Source: Candidatus Saccharimonadota bacterium (lineage in GTDB: Bacteria > Patescibacteriota > Saccharimonadia > Saccharimonadales > UBA4665). From it: 64,000 bases of DNA. The notes beneath the pieces were generated by a model. That model ran no database searches. It saw only the letters and a list, made by a program, of their open reading frames with translations, and had not been told where the DNA came from. The DNA lies in assembly GCA_028286345.1 (NCBI GenBank), contig JAQBRT010000001.1, forward strand, positions 566,567-630,566, in the 5' to 3' direction. Shown here one piece after another: positions 45,104 through 54,155 of the stretch (its first letter is position 1; each line of letters opens with the position of its first letter). A program made the position numbers and the translations under genes.

Positions 45104-45490
45104 ATGGCTCGAATTTCAGGGGTTACTATCCCTACAGAAAAGCAAGTCTGGGTTGCTTTGACCTATGTCTTCGGCATTGGTCCTAAAACCAGTCACAACA
45201 TTTTGGCCCAGGCCAAAGTTGAACCAACCGAGCGCGTCAAGAACTTGACCGACGCCGAGATTTCCCGCATTCAGGACATCATCAACGCCGATTTGGTTGT
45301 TGAGGGTGAACTGCAGCGAATTGTCGCCGGCAACATCAAGCGCCTCAAAGACATCAACGCGTATCGTGGTATGCGCCACAAGGCAAACTTGCCAAGTCGT
45401 GGCCAACGTACCAAAACCAACGCCCGCACCCGTCGCGGCCGTAAAGTAACTGTCGGTGGTACGGCTAAGAAAGTAGCGAGCAAGACTTAA
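45104..45490 (+). CDS. rpsM: 30S ribosomal protein S13
   Basis: MARISGVTIP and GMRHKANLPSRGQRTKTNARTRRG. Confidence 0.97.
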   Translation: MARISGVTIPTEKQVWVALTYVFGIGPKTSHNILAQAKVEPTERVKNLTDAEISRIQDIINADLVVEGELQRIVAGNIKRLKDINAYRGMRHKANLPSRGQRTKTNARTRRGRKVTVGGTAKKVASKT

Positions 45491-45491
45491 T

Positions 45492-45884
45492 ATGGCAGAA
45501 GCAACAGTCACCAAGAAGAAGAAAGCAAAGCGATCCGTCGCCAGCGGCCAGGTCCACATCCTGGCTACCTTCAACAACACCATCATTACCTTCAGCGATG
45601 CTAGCGGTAATGTATTGACCAGCTCAAGCTCTGGCGCCTGCGGTTTCCGCGGCTCTAAGAAGGGTACGGCTTATGCCGCCCAGGTCGCTACTGAACGTGC
45701 TGGCAACGCTGTTAAGCAGCAGTACGGCCTTTCAAAGGCAGAGATCATCATCAAAGGCATTGGCCTTGGTCGTGATGCAGCTGTCCGTGCTTTGGCTGGC
45801 CTTGATATCCAAGTTGAATCTATCAAAGACGTAACGGGTGTGCCACACGGTGGCGTGCGTCCTAAGAAAGCCCGGAGGATTTAG
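45492..45884 (+). CDS. rpsK: 30S ribosomal protein S11
   Basis: GQVHILATFNNTIITFSD and VTGVPHGGVRPKKARR. Confidence 0.97.
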   Translation: MAEATVTKKKKAKRSVASGQVHILATFNNTIITFSDASGNVLTSSSSGACGFRGSKKGTAYAAQVATERAGNAVKQQYGLSKAEIIIKGIGLGRDAAVRALAGLDIQVESIKDVTGVPHGGVRPKKARRI

Positions 45885-45887
45885 GTC

Positions 45888-46505
45888 ATGGCACGTGATA
45901 CCGGATCTATTGTTAAGATGAGCCGCCGTGAAGGCTATGCCCTTCACCCTAAGGCTCACAAAGCGCTTGTTAAGCGCACCAGCATGCCTGGCCAAGGTGC
46001 CGGCAACCGCCGCCCCGCTAAAGCCAGCCAGTACTCATTGCAGCTTCGTGAAAAACAGAAGGTTAAGCGTTTGTACGGCCTGCTTGAGAAGCAGTTTAGT
46101 AACCTGATGAAAGAAGCCACAAAGCGCGAAGGCCAGTCTGGCGCCAATTTGCTCCAGTTCCTGGAGCAGCGCGCCGATAACGCCGTTTACCGCGCCGGCT
46201 TTGCCCCATCACGCCGCGCTGCCCGCCAGCTGATGACCCACGGTCACTTCATGCTAAACGGCACCCGCGTCGATATCCCATCAATCCGCTTGAAGGCCGG
46301 TGATACACTCATCGTTCGCCCTCACAGCCTCCAGACAGAATACTTTAAGAAGTTAGACGACGTTAGCCCAGCACCTGCAGATATTCCTGCTTGGCTTAAA
46401 GTCAATCGTAAGAAATTTGAAGTCACTGTTGCGAGTCTCCCGACCCGTGACGACGCTGAACTTGAAATCAATGAGCAATTAATCGTGGAATACTACTCAC
46501 GCTAA
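45888..46505 (+). CDS. rpsD: 30S ribosomal protein S4
   Basis: YSLQLREKQKVKRLYG and the S4 RNA-binding domain. Confidence 0.96.
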   Translation: MARDTGSIVKMSRREGYALHPKAHKALVKRTSMPGQGAGNRRPAKASQYSLQLREKQKVKRLYGLLEKQFSNLMKEATKREGQSGANLLQFLEQRADNAVYRAGFAPSRRAARQLMTHGHFMLNGTRVDIPSIRLKAGDTLIVRPHSLQTEYFKKLDDVSPAPADIPAWLKVNRKKFEVTVASLPTRDDAELEINEQLIVEYYSR

Positions 46506-46522
46506 GGGAAGGAAGCAGCAGC

Positions 46523-47479
46523 ATGTCAAACACTATTCACACACCAGGACTCGTCAATGTAGACGAGCACAGCGCAACCAGCGCTACCTTTGTGGTCGAA
46601 CCACTGCACAGTGGTTATGGTATGACCCTTGGTAACAGCATGCGTCGCGTCCTGCTTTCGAGCATTTCTGGCGCCGCCGTTACCTCATTTAAAATCGAAG
46701 GCGTAACCCACGAATTCACCAGCGTTGCTGGCGTTAAGGAAGACGTCGTTGACGTCATGCTTAACCTCAAGGGTGTCCGCTTCCGAGTTTACGGTACTGA
46801 CATTCAGAACCTCCGCATCGTTAAGAGCGGCAAGGGCGTCGTTACCGCTAAAGACATCCAGACTAACGCTGATGTCGAAATTGTTAACCCTGACCACGTC
46901 ATCGCTACAATCGACGACACAAAGGGCAAACTAACCATCGACCTAACCGTCGAAGTTGGCCGCGGTTACCGCACCATCGAGGAAGGTACAGCTAAGAAAG
47001 CCAGCGACTACGTAGCCGTTGACGCCATTTTTAGCCCAGTCCTCCGTGTCCGCTACAAAGTCGAAAAGACCCGTGTTGGCCAGGCAACTGACCTCGACAA
47101 GTTACTTTTGACCGTCGACACCGATGGCTCGATCACACCTCAGGACGCTTTCGAAGAATCTTCGGCTATCCTCGTTAACCAGTACACCGCACTTGCTGGC
47201 AAGACCCGCGTTGCAGTTGCACCACAGGCCAGCGAAACTACAGCTGCCCAAAACAGTGAATTCTCAGCCGACATGCTCGGTGACGAACCAACTGCCTTGA
47301 ACACCAGCATTGAGGATCTAAACCTGTCTGCCCGTACTACCAATGCCCTGATTAACAATGACATTCACACCATTCGTGACTTGTTTGCCCTCAACGACGC
47401 AGAACTGCGTGACCTCAAAGGTTTTGGCAGCAAGGCCCTCGACGAAGTGAAGGAAAAGTTAGCGGAGTTGGAGCTGTAA
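46523..47479 (+). CDS. rpoA: DNA-directed RNA polymerase subunit alpha
   Basis: GYGMTLGNSMRRVLLSSI and the C-terminal LNLSARTTNALINNDIHTIRDL (alpha-CTD HhH). Confidence 0.96.
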   Translation: MSNTIHTPGLVNVDEHSATSATFVVEPLHSGYGMTLGNSMRRVLLSSISGAAVTSFKIEGVTHEFTSVAGVKEDVVDVMLNLKGVRFRVYGTDIQNLRIVKSGKGVVTAKDIQTNADVEIVNPDHVIATIDDTKGKLTIDLTVEVGRGYRTIEEGTAKKASDYVAVDAIFSPVLRVRYKVEKTRVGQATDLDKLLLTVDTDGSITPQDAFEESSAILVNQYTALAGKTRVAVAPQASETTAAQNSEFSADMLGDEPTALNTSIEDLNLSARTTNALINNDIHTIRDLFALNDAELRDLKGFGSKALDEVKEKLAELEL

Positions 47480-47480
47480 T

Positions 47481-47951
47481 ATGCATCGTCACGGATATAA
47501 AGGTCGGAAATTCCACCGCGAACGCGATCAGCGCCGCGCCCTTATTAAGGGTTTGGCCGACTCGCTCGTCAAGTACGAAACAATCGAAACTACCTTACCA
47601 AAAGCTAAGGAAATCATTCCTTACGTCGAAAAGCTGATCACTAAAGCTAAAAAAGGTGACCTTCACAACCGCCGTCAGGTTATTTCTAGCCTGCAAACGC
47701 TCGAAAGCGCCCACAAGCTGGTTGATGAAATCGCTCCAAAGCTCAGTGGCCGCAACTCTGGTCACCTGCGCATCGTCAAGACCACTACCCGCCGCGGTGA
47801 CAACACCCAGATGGCTAAAGTCAGCTTTGTTGATGACTTAAGCGCAGCACCGGTAGCAAAAGCCGTTGCCGCAGCACCAAAGCCAGCTATCAAAAAGCCC
47901 GTAGTCACCAAGAAGCCTGTTGCCGCCAAGAGCGCAAAGGAGACTAAATAA
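47481..47951 (+). CDS. rplQ: 50S ribosomal protein L17 (with Ala/Pro/Lys-rich C-terminal tail)
   Basis: MHRHGYKGRKFHRERDQRRAL, with tail AAPVAKAVAAAPKPAIKKPVVTKKPVAAK. Confidence 0.95.
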   Translation: MHRHGYKGRKFHRERDQRRALIKGLADSLVKYETIETTLPKAKEIIPYVEKLITKAKKGDLHNRRQVISSLQTLESAHKLVDEIAPKLSGRNSGHLRIVKTTTRRGDNTQMAKVSFVDDLSAAPVAKAVAAAPKPAIKKPVVTKKPVAAKSAKETK

Positions 47952-48391
47952 TGAAGACCTATAGCGCAAAACCATCAGACGTGACCCGCAAATGGTACGT
48001 CATTGACGCCGCAGAAGCCCCTATGGGCCGCGTTGCTACCCAGGTTGCAACTTTGCTCACTGGTAAAGGCAAGCCACAATTTACCCAGCACATCGACTGC
48101 GGTGACTTCGTCATTGTTATCAATGCTGCCAAAATTGTTGTCACTGGCGACAAAATGACTAAGAAAATCTACTACAAGCACAGTAATTTCCCTGGTGGCC
48201 TGACAGAAACCGCCCTTGGCGACAAGCTCAAGAAAGACCCAACTTTCCCGATCTTCCACGCTGTCCGTGGTATGCTGCCAGTCAATAAGCTGCGTGATGG
48301 CCGTTTGCAACGCCTTAAGATCTACGAAGGCACCGAACACAACCACGCCGCTCAGAAACCAGAAATTATTTCAGTAAAGGAAGCTAAGTAA
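47951..48391 (+). CDS. rplM: 50S ribosomal protein L13
   Basis: KWYVIDAAEAPMGRVATQVATLLTGKGKP. The start overlaps the rplQ stop by 1 nt. Confidence 0.96.
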   Translation: MKTYSAKPSDVTRKWYVIDAAEAPMGRVATQVATLLTGKGKPQFTQHIDCGDFVIVINAAKIVVTGDKMTKKIYYKHSNFPGGLTETALGDKLKKDPTFPIFHAVRGMLPVNKLRDGRLQRLKIYEGTEHNHAAQKPEIISVKEAK

Positions 48392-48789
48392 TGGCTAAAG
48401 ATTCATACACCTATGCACTTGGCCGCCGCAAAAGCGCAACTGCCCGCGTCCGCCTAACCAGTGGCAAGGGTGCAGTTACCGTCAACGGTAAGACTGCCGC
48501 CGAGTACTTTGCTGATAGCAAGTACCTGCTGGCTAAGCTCGAGCAGCCATTCGCTGTCCTCGACCAGACCAACAAGTTCGACATTTCTGTCGTTGTTTCT
48601 GGTGGTGGTCACGATGGCCAAATCGAAGCAATCCGTTTGGCTAGCGCTAAGGCACTCGCTATCTTCAATGAAGATTACAAGAGTACCCTCAAGCGCGCCG
48701 ACCTGCTTGGCCGCGATTCCCGTGAGAAAGAACGCAAGAAGTTCGGCCTCAAGGGTGCGCGTAAGCAGCGCCAGTTCACCAAGCGTTAA
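48391..48789 (+). CDS. rpsI: 30S ribosomal protein S9
   Basis: GRRKSATARVRL and the C-terminal GLKGARKQRQFTKR. Confidence 0.97.
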   Translation: MAKDSYTYALGRRKSATARVRLTSGKGAVTVNGKTAAEYFADSKYLLAKLEQPFAVLDQTNKFDISVVVSGGGHDGQIEAIRLASAKALAIFNEDYKSTLKRADLLGRDSREKERKKFGLKGARKQRQFTKR

Positions 48790-48807
48790 ATCGCACGGTA
48801 TCTCAAG

Positions 48808-48832
48808 CAGCCTCTCCCAAGGGGCTGTTTTT
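48808..48832 (+). terminator. Rho-independent terminator after rpsI
   Basis: CAGCCTC-tcccaa-GGGGCTG followed by TTTTT. Confidence 0.75.
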
Positions 48833-48867
48833 GTTTGCAGCTCTAACAGGCCAGTGTATAGTAGTAA

Positions 48868-48983
48868 CTAATGAAAGCTTTACAGAACAGCCAGTATTGG
48901 TTTACCGACACTTCCGTGACGGTTTGTTCTGTGTAGTTGCAAAGTCGAAGACATTGAAAAGACCGCCACCAGGGCGGTTTTTT
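48868..48983 (+). ncRNA. Candidate small RNA or 21-codon mini-ORF unit with its own -10 box and terminator
   Basis: TATAGT at 48857-48862. An 8-bp stem joins ACAGAACA (48882-48889) and TGTTCTGT (48925-48932). The terminator is ACCGCC-accag-GGCGGT plus a T-run at 48962-48983. The mini-ORF MKALQNSQYWFTDTSVTVCSV starts at 48871. Confidence 0.3.
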
Positions 48984-49004
48984 AACAAGTAATGAGAGAA
49001 AACA

Positions 49005-49304
49005 ATGAAAACATCAATACATCTTGAACTTGATCCACGGACGCGTAGCGAACGCCTGGTTGGCGTGAGCGATGAACAGCAAGTCGATGAGCGCATTGCT
49101 CACGCTGTCGTTAACCAACGTCGGCTGTTTGCCCCTTTGGTGCGTCATCTGGCGGGCAACCAGTACCGCGATATTAACCCTGAATACCAAGAGCGGACAG
49201 ATACTCCGCCTCCAAAAGACCTGCTTCAGCTTATGGGAGTCGTACGGGATGAGCTGCTAGTTGCAGTTGAACAGTGCACACCACCGCTTGAGGTGATAGA
49301 ATAG
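49005..49304 (+). CDS. Hypothetical 99-aa protein (insert 6, rpsI|trpS junction)
   Basis: Open frame MKTSIHLELDPRTRSERLV... with only a weak RBS. Confidence 0.4.
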   Translation: MKTSIHLELDPRTRSERLVGVSDEQQVDERIAHAVVNQRRLFAPLVRHLAGNQYRDINPEYQERTDTPPPKDLLQLMGVVRDELLVAVEQCTPPLEVIE

Positions 49305-49313
49305 AGTGAATAT

Positions 49314-50348
49314 ATGGCAAAACCTGTTGTTTTAACCGGCCTACGAGCAAATAGCGAATTCCACCTTGGTAACTACCTGGGCGGTATTTTGCCAATGATC
49401 CAGTTGCAAAAAAAGTTTGCTGGTGACTACCAGCTGAATATGTTTGTACCAGACCTGCACAGCTTTACTACACCTGTCGAACATTCAAAGTTGTACCTGC
49501 AGATTATCGATAACCTTAAAGTCTACGTTGCAGCCGGCCTTGACCTAGATAACGAAGATACATTTATTTACCGCCAAAGTTATGTTGCCGGGCACAGTGA
49601 GCTGGCCGTCATCCTTAACAACTTTGCCTACTTTGGTGAGCTTCAGCGCATGACCCAGTTTAAGGAAAAGTCCGACCAAGCTAAAGACACCAACATTACC
49701 GCCGGCCTGTTTGATTATCCCGTGCTTATGGCAGCCGATATTTTACTATACGGCGCCAAATGGATCCCCGTAGGCGAAGACCAGCGCCAGCACATTGAAC
49801 TGACGCGTGACATCGCTCTGCGCATGAACAATAAGTTTGGTGAAGATTTACTGCATGTTCCCGTAGAGTGGGAAGAGCAGCTTAAGTTTGCCGGCCGCGA
49901 ATCTGGTGTCCGCATACGCTCGCTCAAAACACCAGAAAAGAAAATGAGTAAATCCGTTGATGACCCTGCAGGCACTATTCTCTTAAGTGACAACCCAGAA
50001 GACGCTGCCAAAAAAGTCATGAGTGCCACGACTGACTCTATTGGTGTCATTAGATATGATATGAAAAACCAAGCTGGCATTAGCAACTTGCTCCAAATCT
50101 TGGCGCTACTGATTGATGCCCCGCTGGCAGAAGTCATTGCCAACTGGGAAGGTAAGACCAGCTATGGTGACCTTAAAACTGCTGTTGCTAGTGAAGTCAA
50201 AGTTTTCTTAACTGACTTTCAGCGTAAACTTGCAAACGTTGAAGAGCCGGAGCTGATGCGCAAGCTCGAAGCCAGTGAATACCTGATGCGCGATGTTGCT
50301 ACTCAAAACCTTTACAAGATCCAGCAAGCAGTTGGCCTGAGGCCGTAA
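49314..50348 (+). CDS. trpS: Tryptophan--tRNA ligase
   Basis: HIGH-type motif FHLGNYLG and KMSKS (KKMSKSV). 344 aa. Confidence 0.93.
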   Translation: MAKPVVLTGLRANSEFHLGNYLGGILPMIQLQKKFAGDYQLNMFVPDLHSFTTPVEHSKLYLQIIDNLKVYVAAGLDLDNEDTFIYRQSYVAGHSELAVILNNFAYFGELQRMTQFKEKSDQAKDTNITAGLFDYPVLMAADILLYGAKWIPVGEDQRQHIELTRDIALRMNNKFGEDLLHVPVEWEEQLKFAGRESGVRIRSLKTPEKKMSKSVDDPAGTILLSDNPEDAAKKVMSATTDSIGVIRYDMKNQAGISNLLQILALLIDAPLAEVIANWEGKTSYGDLKTAVASEVKVFLTDFQRKLANVEEPELMRKLEASEYLMRDVATQNLYKIQQAVGLRP

Positions 50349-51211
50349 TGAGTGACCTAGAGCTTTCACGCGCGGAGCGGCTTGACCAACGCGTTGTATC
50401 GCAGTTTCCTGAACTCAGCCGCATGTATGCTACTAAACTGGTTGAAGACGGCAACGTGACTGTTAACGGCAAGGTTATTACAAAGGGCGGCCATAAACTC
50501 TGGGAAACAGATGTTGTTAAGGTGGACTATAACCCCGAGGAAGCCGCTGCCATTCCTGATATTGAACTGCCTATATTGTATGAAGATGACGACTGCGTTG
50601 TTATCAACAAACCACTCGGCTTGCTGACCCATAGCAAAGGTGTCTTTAACCCGGAGGCCACAGTGGCCACTTGGCTCAGCAGCCGCCTTAAAGGCCTTGC
50701 TGGCGACCGGGACGGCATTGTTCACCGTTTGGACCGTGCCACCAGTGGCGTGATGATCTGTGCCAAGAATCCCGAAGCCCTATCTGCACTGCAAAAACAA
50801 TTCTCCCAGCGCCGTACTAAGAAAACATATGTGGCGATTGTAAGAGGACGTCTAAAAGCCCCGGAAGCTGTTATCGACATGCCCATTGAGCGTAACCCCA
50901 AAAAACCCCAGACTTTCCGTGTTGGCAGTAATGGCAAGCCGGCCACAACTGCGTATAAGGTACTTAAAACCACAGAACACTATAGCTTGGTTGAACTCAA
51001 ACCTTTTACAGGCCGTACCCACCAGCTTCGGGTCCATTTGGAAGAGTTGGGCCACCCGATTGTTGGCGATGTTCTCTACGATGGGCCAGTTGCAGACCGC
51101 CTATTCCTGCACGCCCGCGAGCTGGAAATTACCATTCCTAGCCGGGAACGCAAAGTATTTGAGACGCCAGTTCCATCAAGTTTTGAGGAGTTTTTGAGCC
51201 GTGACCGCTGA
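50348..51211 (+). CDS. rluD: RluA/RluD-family 23S rRNA pseudouridine synthase with N-terminal S4 domain
   Basis: HRLDRATSGVMI catalytic-Asp motif and GRTHQLRVHL. Confidence 0.85.
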   Translation: MSDLELSRAERLDQRVVSQFPELSRMYATKLVEDGNVTVNGKVITKGGHKLWETDVVKVDYNPEEAAAIPDIELPILYEDDDCVVINKPLGLLTHSKGVFNPEATVATWLSSRLKGLAGDRDGIVHRLDRATSGVMICAKNPEALSALQKQFSQRRTKKTYVAIVRGRLKAPEAVIDMPIERNPKKPQTFRVGSNGKPATTAYKVLKTTEHYSLVELKPFTGRTHQLRVHLEELGHPIVGDVLYDGPVADRLFLHARELEITIPSRERKVFETPVPSSFEEFLSRDR

Positions 51212-52064
51212 ACCGCTGTTGCACCCCCACACCAAGCAGCAACTTGACCAGGCAACAGATAGGCAGCTTCACGCCGTACTGCTAACTGGACCAACCGGTG
51301 CCGGCAAACTAGTCGTTGCAGAGTGGCTGGCAGCACGGATGCTTGGCCTAAGCGCTGCACAATTGCACAAGTACCCTTATCTGGTGTGCCTAAACCGTGG
51401 TAAAGACACATCGATTAGCATCGAAAAAGTACGTGAACTTGAACGTTCTTTAAGCCTTAAAGTACCGAGCCAGGCGACGGTTAACCGCGTGGTGATAATT
51501 GAAGACGCTCACTTTTTAGGTGGCGAAGCCCAGAACGCATTGCTCAAAACCCTCGAAGAACCCCCTCAGGGCACGGCCATCATTTTGACGGCTACAAGCG
51601 AACAGGCACTTTTGCCCACAGTCCGTTCGCGCACGGCACGTATTGCGGTAAAAACACCGCCCACAGAGTTGTTAAAAGCGCATTTTTCACAAACTGGCCA
51701 GCCTGCGGCCCAACTGGACCAGGTTTTGGCTATCAGCGGTGGCTTGCCCGGACTAATGACAGCTTTACTTGAAGACGCCGAACACCAGCTGATTCCGGCA
51801 ATTGCCGCTGCCCGCGGCCTATTACAAAAAACTACCTATGAACGCTTGGCAGCCGTAGACGGGCTGGTCAAGGACCGCGAATTGCTGAACGGTGTACTGT
51901 TTATCCTGCAGCAAATGGCTGAGGTGCAATTAAGGCGTGTTGGAAGTGCCCAAGCTGAGCGCTGGTCCAAGGTATTGCAGTCTACCTATGCAGCAGAGCA
52001 GGCGTTAGCCCAGAGCGGGCAAGCAAAATTGGTGCTAACAAACCTTATGCTTAACCTTGGCTAA
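51201..52064 (+). CDS. holB: DNA polymerase III subunit delta'
   Basis: GTG start overlapping the rluD 3' end. Contains LLTGPTGAGK (Walker A-like), the SRC-like motif PTVRSRTARI, and NALLKTLEEPP. Confidence 0.8.
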   Translation: MTAEPLLHPHTKQQLDQATDRQLHAVLLTGPTGAGKLVVAEWLAARMLGLSAAQLHKYPYLVCLNRGKDTSISIEKVRELERSLSLKVPSQATVNRVVIIEDAHFLGGEAQNALLKTLEEPPQGTAIILTATSEQALLPTVRSRTARIAVKTPPTELLKAHFSQTGQPAAQLDQVLAISGGLPGLMTALLEDAEHQLIPAIAAARGLLQKTTYERLAAVDGLVKDRELLNGVLFILQQMAEVQLRRVGSAQAERWSKVLQSTYAAEQALAQSGQAKLVLTNLMLNLG

Positions 52065-52085
52065 TCTGATATACTAGAGCTCAAG

Positions 52086-52739
52086 ATGTATGAACTTCTT
52101 ATTGTGGCGGGTTTTGCTTTCTTGGCCTACCACAACGCCAAAATCCATGATGATGAGTTTGCGGAAGTTTCCCGCAAAGTTGGTGACCGTCTCGGCAAAC
52201 TCTGGGATATAGCCCACCAAGGTATGCGTGAGAACCGCTTTTTGCGCGCCGAAAAGGCCCTACTAACCATCCTTAAGATTGATGAAAAGAACGCCGCTGC
52301 TTACAACCGTCTCGGCATACTTTATGCCAAACAAAAAGAGTTCCGCGATGCCATTGACTGTTTTGAGATTGCCAGCAGCATCGAAGCCACCCCTTCAAGC
52401 CTCCATAACTTAGGGCTTATTTACTACGAAACCGAAAATTATGATAAAGCCGCCATCGCTTTTGAAGAGGCCCTGCGCCTAGAAGATGGCCTAGCTGCCC
52501 GCCACGTGGCCTACGCCAAAGTCCAAGAAAAACTTGGCAACTACAAGATGATGTTTGCCCAGCTAGAAAAAGCCGTCGAGCTAGAACCCAACAAAGAAAC
52601 ATATAACTTGCTCTACAAAGCTTACAAGCACCAGGGCATGGAAGCCGAGGCTGACATTATTGCCGACCAAATGAAAAAGCTGATCGTGCCGGCTGGCCGG
52701 GCTAAGCGCATTTTACGCCCGCGGCGAGTTGTAGTTTAA
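52086..52739 (+). CDS. TPR-repeat protein with N-terminal membrane anchor
   Basis: N-terminal helix LLIVAGFAFLAY. TPR-like repeats (AAYNRLGILYAKQKEFRDAIDCFE, HNLGLIYYETENYDKAAIAFEEAL). TATACT at 52070-52075. Confidence 0.7.
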   Translation: MYELLIVAGFAFLAYHNAKIHDDEFAEVSRKVGDRLGKLWDIAHQGMRENRFLRAEKALLTILKIDEKNAAAYNRLGILYAKQKEFRDAIDCFEIASSIEATPSSLHNLGLIYYETENYDKAAIAFEEALRLEDGLAARHVAYAKVQEKLGNYKMMFAQLEKAVELEPNKETYNLLYKAYKHQGMEAEADIIADQMKKLIVPAGRAKRILRPRRVVV

Positions 52740-52771
52740 CCTCTGTTCTGATACACTATTTCGAGTTAAAT

Positions 52772-52848
52772 GCCGCCTTAGCTCAGTTGGTTAGAGCATC
52801 AGTTTTGTAAACTGAGGGTCGTCGGTTCGAATCCGACAGGCGGCTCCA
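52772..52848 (+). tRNA. tRNA-Thr (anticodon TGT), encoded CCA
   Basis: Full cloverleaf read by eye: acceptor GCCGCCT/AGGCGGC, anticodon stem TCAGT/ACTGA with loop TTTGTAA, and T-arm GTCGG-TTCGAAT-CCGAC. Confidence 0.92.
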
Positions 52849-52857
52849 GTAATACAT

Positions 52858-52943
52858 GCGGGGTTAGTGAAGCGGTCAAACACTGCAGACTGTAAATCTG
52901 CCCTCTTACGAGTTCGGAGGTTCGAATCCTCCACCCCGCACCA
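52858..52943 (+). tRNA. tRNA-Tyr (anticodon GTA), long variable arm, encoded CCA
   Basis: Acceptor GCGGGGT/ACCCCGC, anticodon stem GCAGA/TCTGC with loop CTGTAAA, a long variable arm, and T-arm GGAGG-TTCGAAT-CCTCC. Confidence 0.92.
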
Positions 52944-52951
52944 AGCCAAGG

Positions 52952-52973
52952 CCCGCCACAACGGCGGGTTTTT
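52952..52973 (+). terminator. Rho-independent terminator after the tRNA-Thr/Tyr pair
   Basis: CCCGCC-acaac-GGCGGG followed by TTTTT. Confidence 0.8.
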
Positions 52974-53018
52974 GCTTGCGAAAAGGCGTATACTGCAGCT
53001 ATTAACAAGGAACACATC

Positions 53019-53435
53019 ATGTCACAAACTGTCTTATGCCCATATTTGCACTTTAATGGCGAGGCCCAAGATGCCCTCAACTTCTACCAATCAGTCTTTG
53101 GTGGCGAAACTCAGGTCGTCCGCTTTGGCGACTTTCCAGCCATGCCAGTTGCCGAAGAAATGAAGAACGATATTATGCACTCTCAACTCAAGGCGTCAGG
53201 TATGACGTTGATGCTCAGCGACGCCACGCCACTCGGTGAATTACAAGCCGGTAAGAATTTTAGTGTATCTGTATCTGGCGAAGACACCGAAACCCTCACT
53301 AAGTACTTCGAAGGGCTAAGTGCAGGCGGCACCATTACCGAACCACTGCGTATGCAACAATGGGGAGCCAATTTTGGTATGTTAGTCGACAAGTTTGGTA
53401 TTAGCTGGATGGTGAATATTACGCCAGCAGCCTAG
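53019..53435 (+). CDS. VOC/glyoxalase-fold protein (PhnB/YjdN-like)
   Basis: N-terminus PYLHFNGEAQDALNFYQSVFGG and C-terminus DKFGISWMVN, typical of this family. AAGGAA RBS. Confidence 0.7.
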   Translation: MSQTVLCPYLHFNGEAQDALNFYQSVFGGETQVVRFGDFPAMPVAEEMKNDIMHSQLKASGMTLMLSDATPLGELQAGKNFSVSVSGEDTETLTKYFEGLSAGGTITEPLRMQQWGANFGMLVDKFGISWMVNITPAA

Positions 53436-53437
53436 AC

Positions 53438-54085
53438 TTATATAAAGTCGCAGGAGCCAAGGTCATAGGCAAGCAGGATGCCACGGCGCACACCGGTGCT
53501 GCGATAATGCACGCGGTGTAGCTGACCCGGCCTATCGCCGCTATAACTGCTGACGCCACGCCAAACTAACATATGGCCTTCGGGAGCGCTATCAATGGTC
53601 TGCCACTGGTCCTTATGGAACATTTGCAAACCCGGTAAGGTTGCACCCAGCCAGTAGGTAATAGTAGTGTCGGTGTCGACGTGCTCAATTTGGCTTGCCC
53701 GAAGCCGATTATGTACCATGAGGCGCTGATAACCACTGGGGACGCCCATTGCTTCGTAAACTGGGTCCATAGTGCCACGCATGGCAGTCGTCAGCTCACG
53801 CATTCGTCCCCTGAGCTCATTCGGTAATTCAGCAGCCGGCGTAGATGTATAGGTGACCGCTGGTCGTCGATTAATGGTGGCCAGATACTGGTGGAGGCCA
53901 CCGGGCTTACTACCCGTCTCGTATGGGGATTCGGCAAGTGGTGCCAATGCTTCAATGATTGGCATAGCGTCAACGCCGGTGTGAACCATGGCTAGGCCAC
54001 CAAGTGGGTTTAGCATATGATCAGGAAGCTCCCCCGGTTCTCTGTATATGGTTTCTAGGTTGAAGGGTTTGAGTATTTCAGGCAT
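53438..54085 (-). CDS. Probable 2OG-Fe(II) oxygenase-superfamily protein
   Basis: HxD...H facial-triad-like pattern (EHVDTD ... GLQMF ... WQTI ... LHRVH) in the C-terminal half. The assignment is tentative. Confidence 0.55.
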   Translation of the reverse strand: MPEILKPFNLETIYREPGELPDHMLNPLGGLAMVHTGVDAMPIIEALAPLAESPYETGSKPGGLHQYLATINRRPAVTYTSTPAAELPNELRGRMRELTTAMRGTMDPVYEAMGVPSGYQRLMVHNRLRASQIEHVDTDTTITYWLGATLPGLQMFHKDQWQTIDSAPEGHMLVWRGVSSYSGDRPGQLHRVHYRSTGVRRGILLAYDLGSCDFI

Positions 54086-54155
54086 AACGAATGCAAGTAT
54101 ACCCTTAAGCCCCTTGGTTAAAAAGCACTTTTTTGGTACAATCTATTGGTATTTT

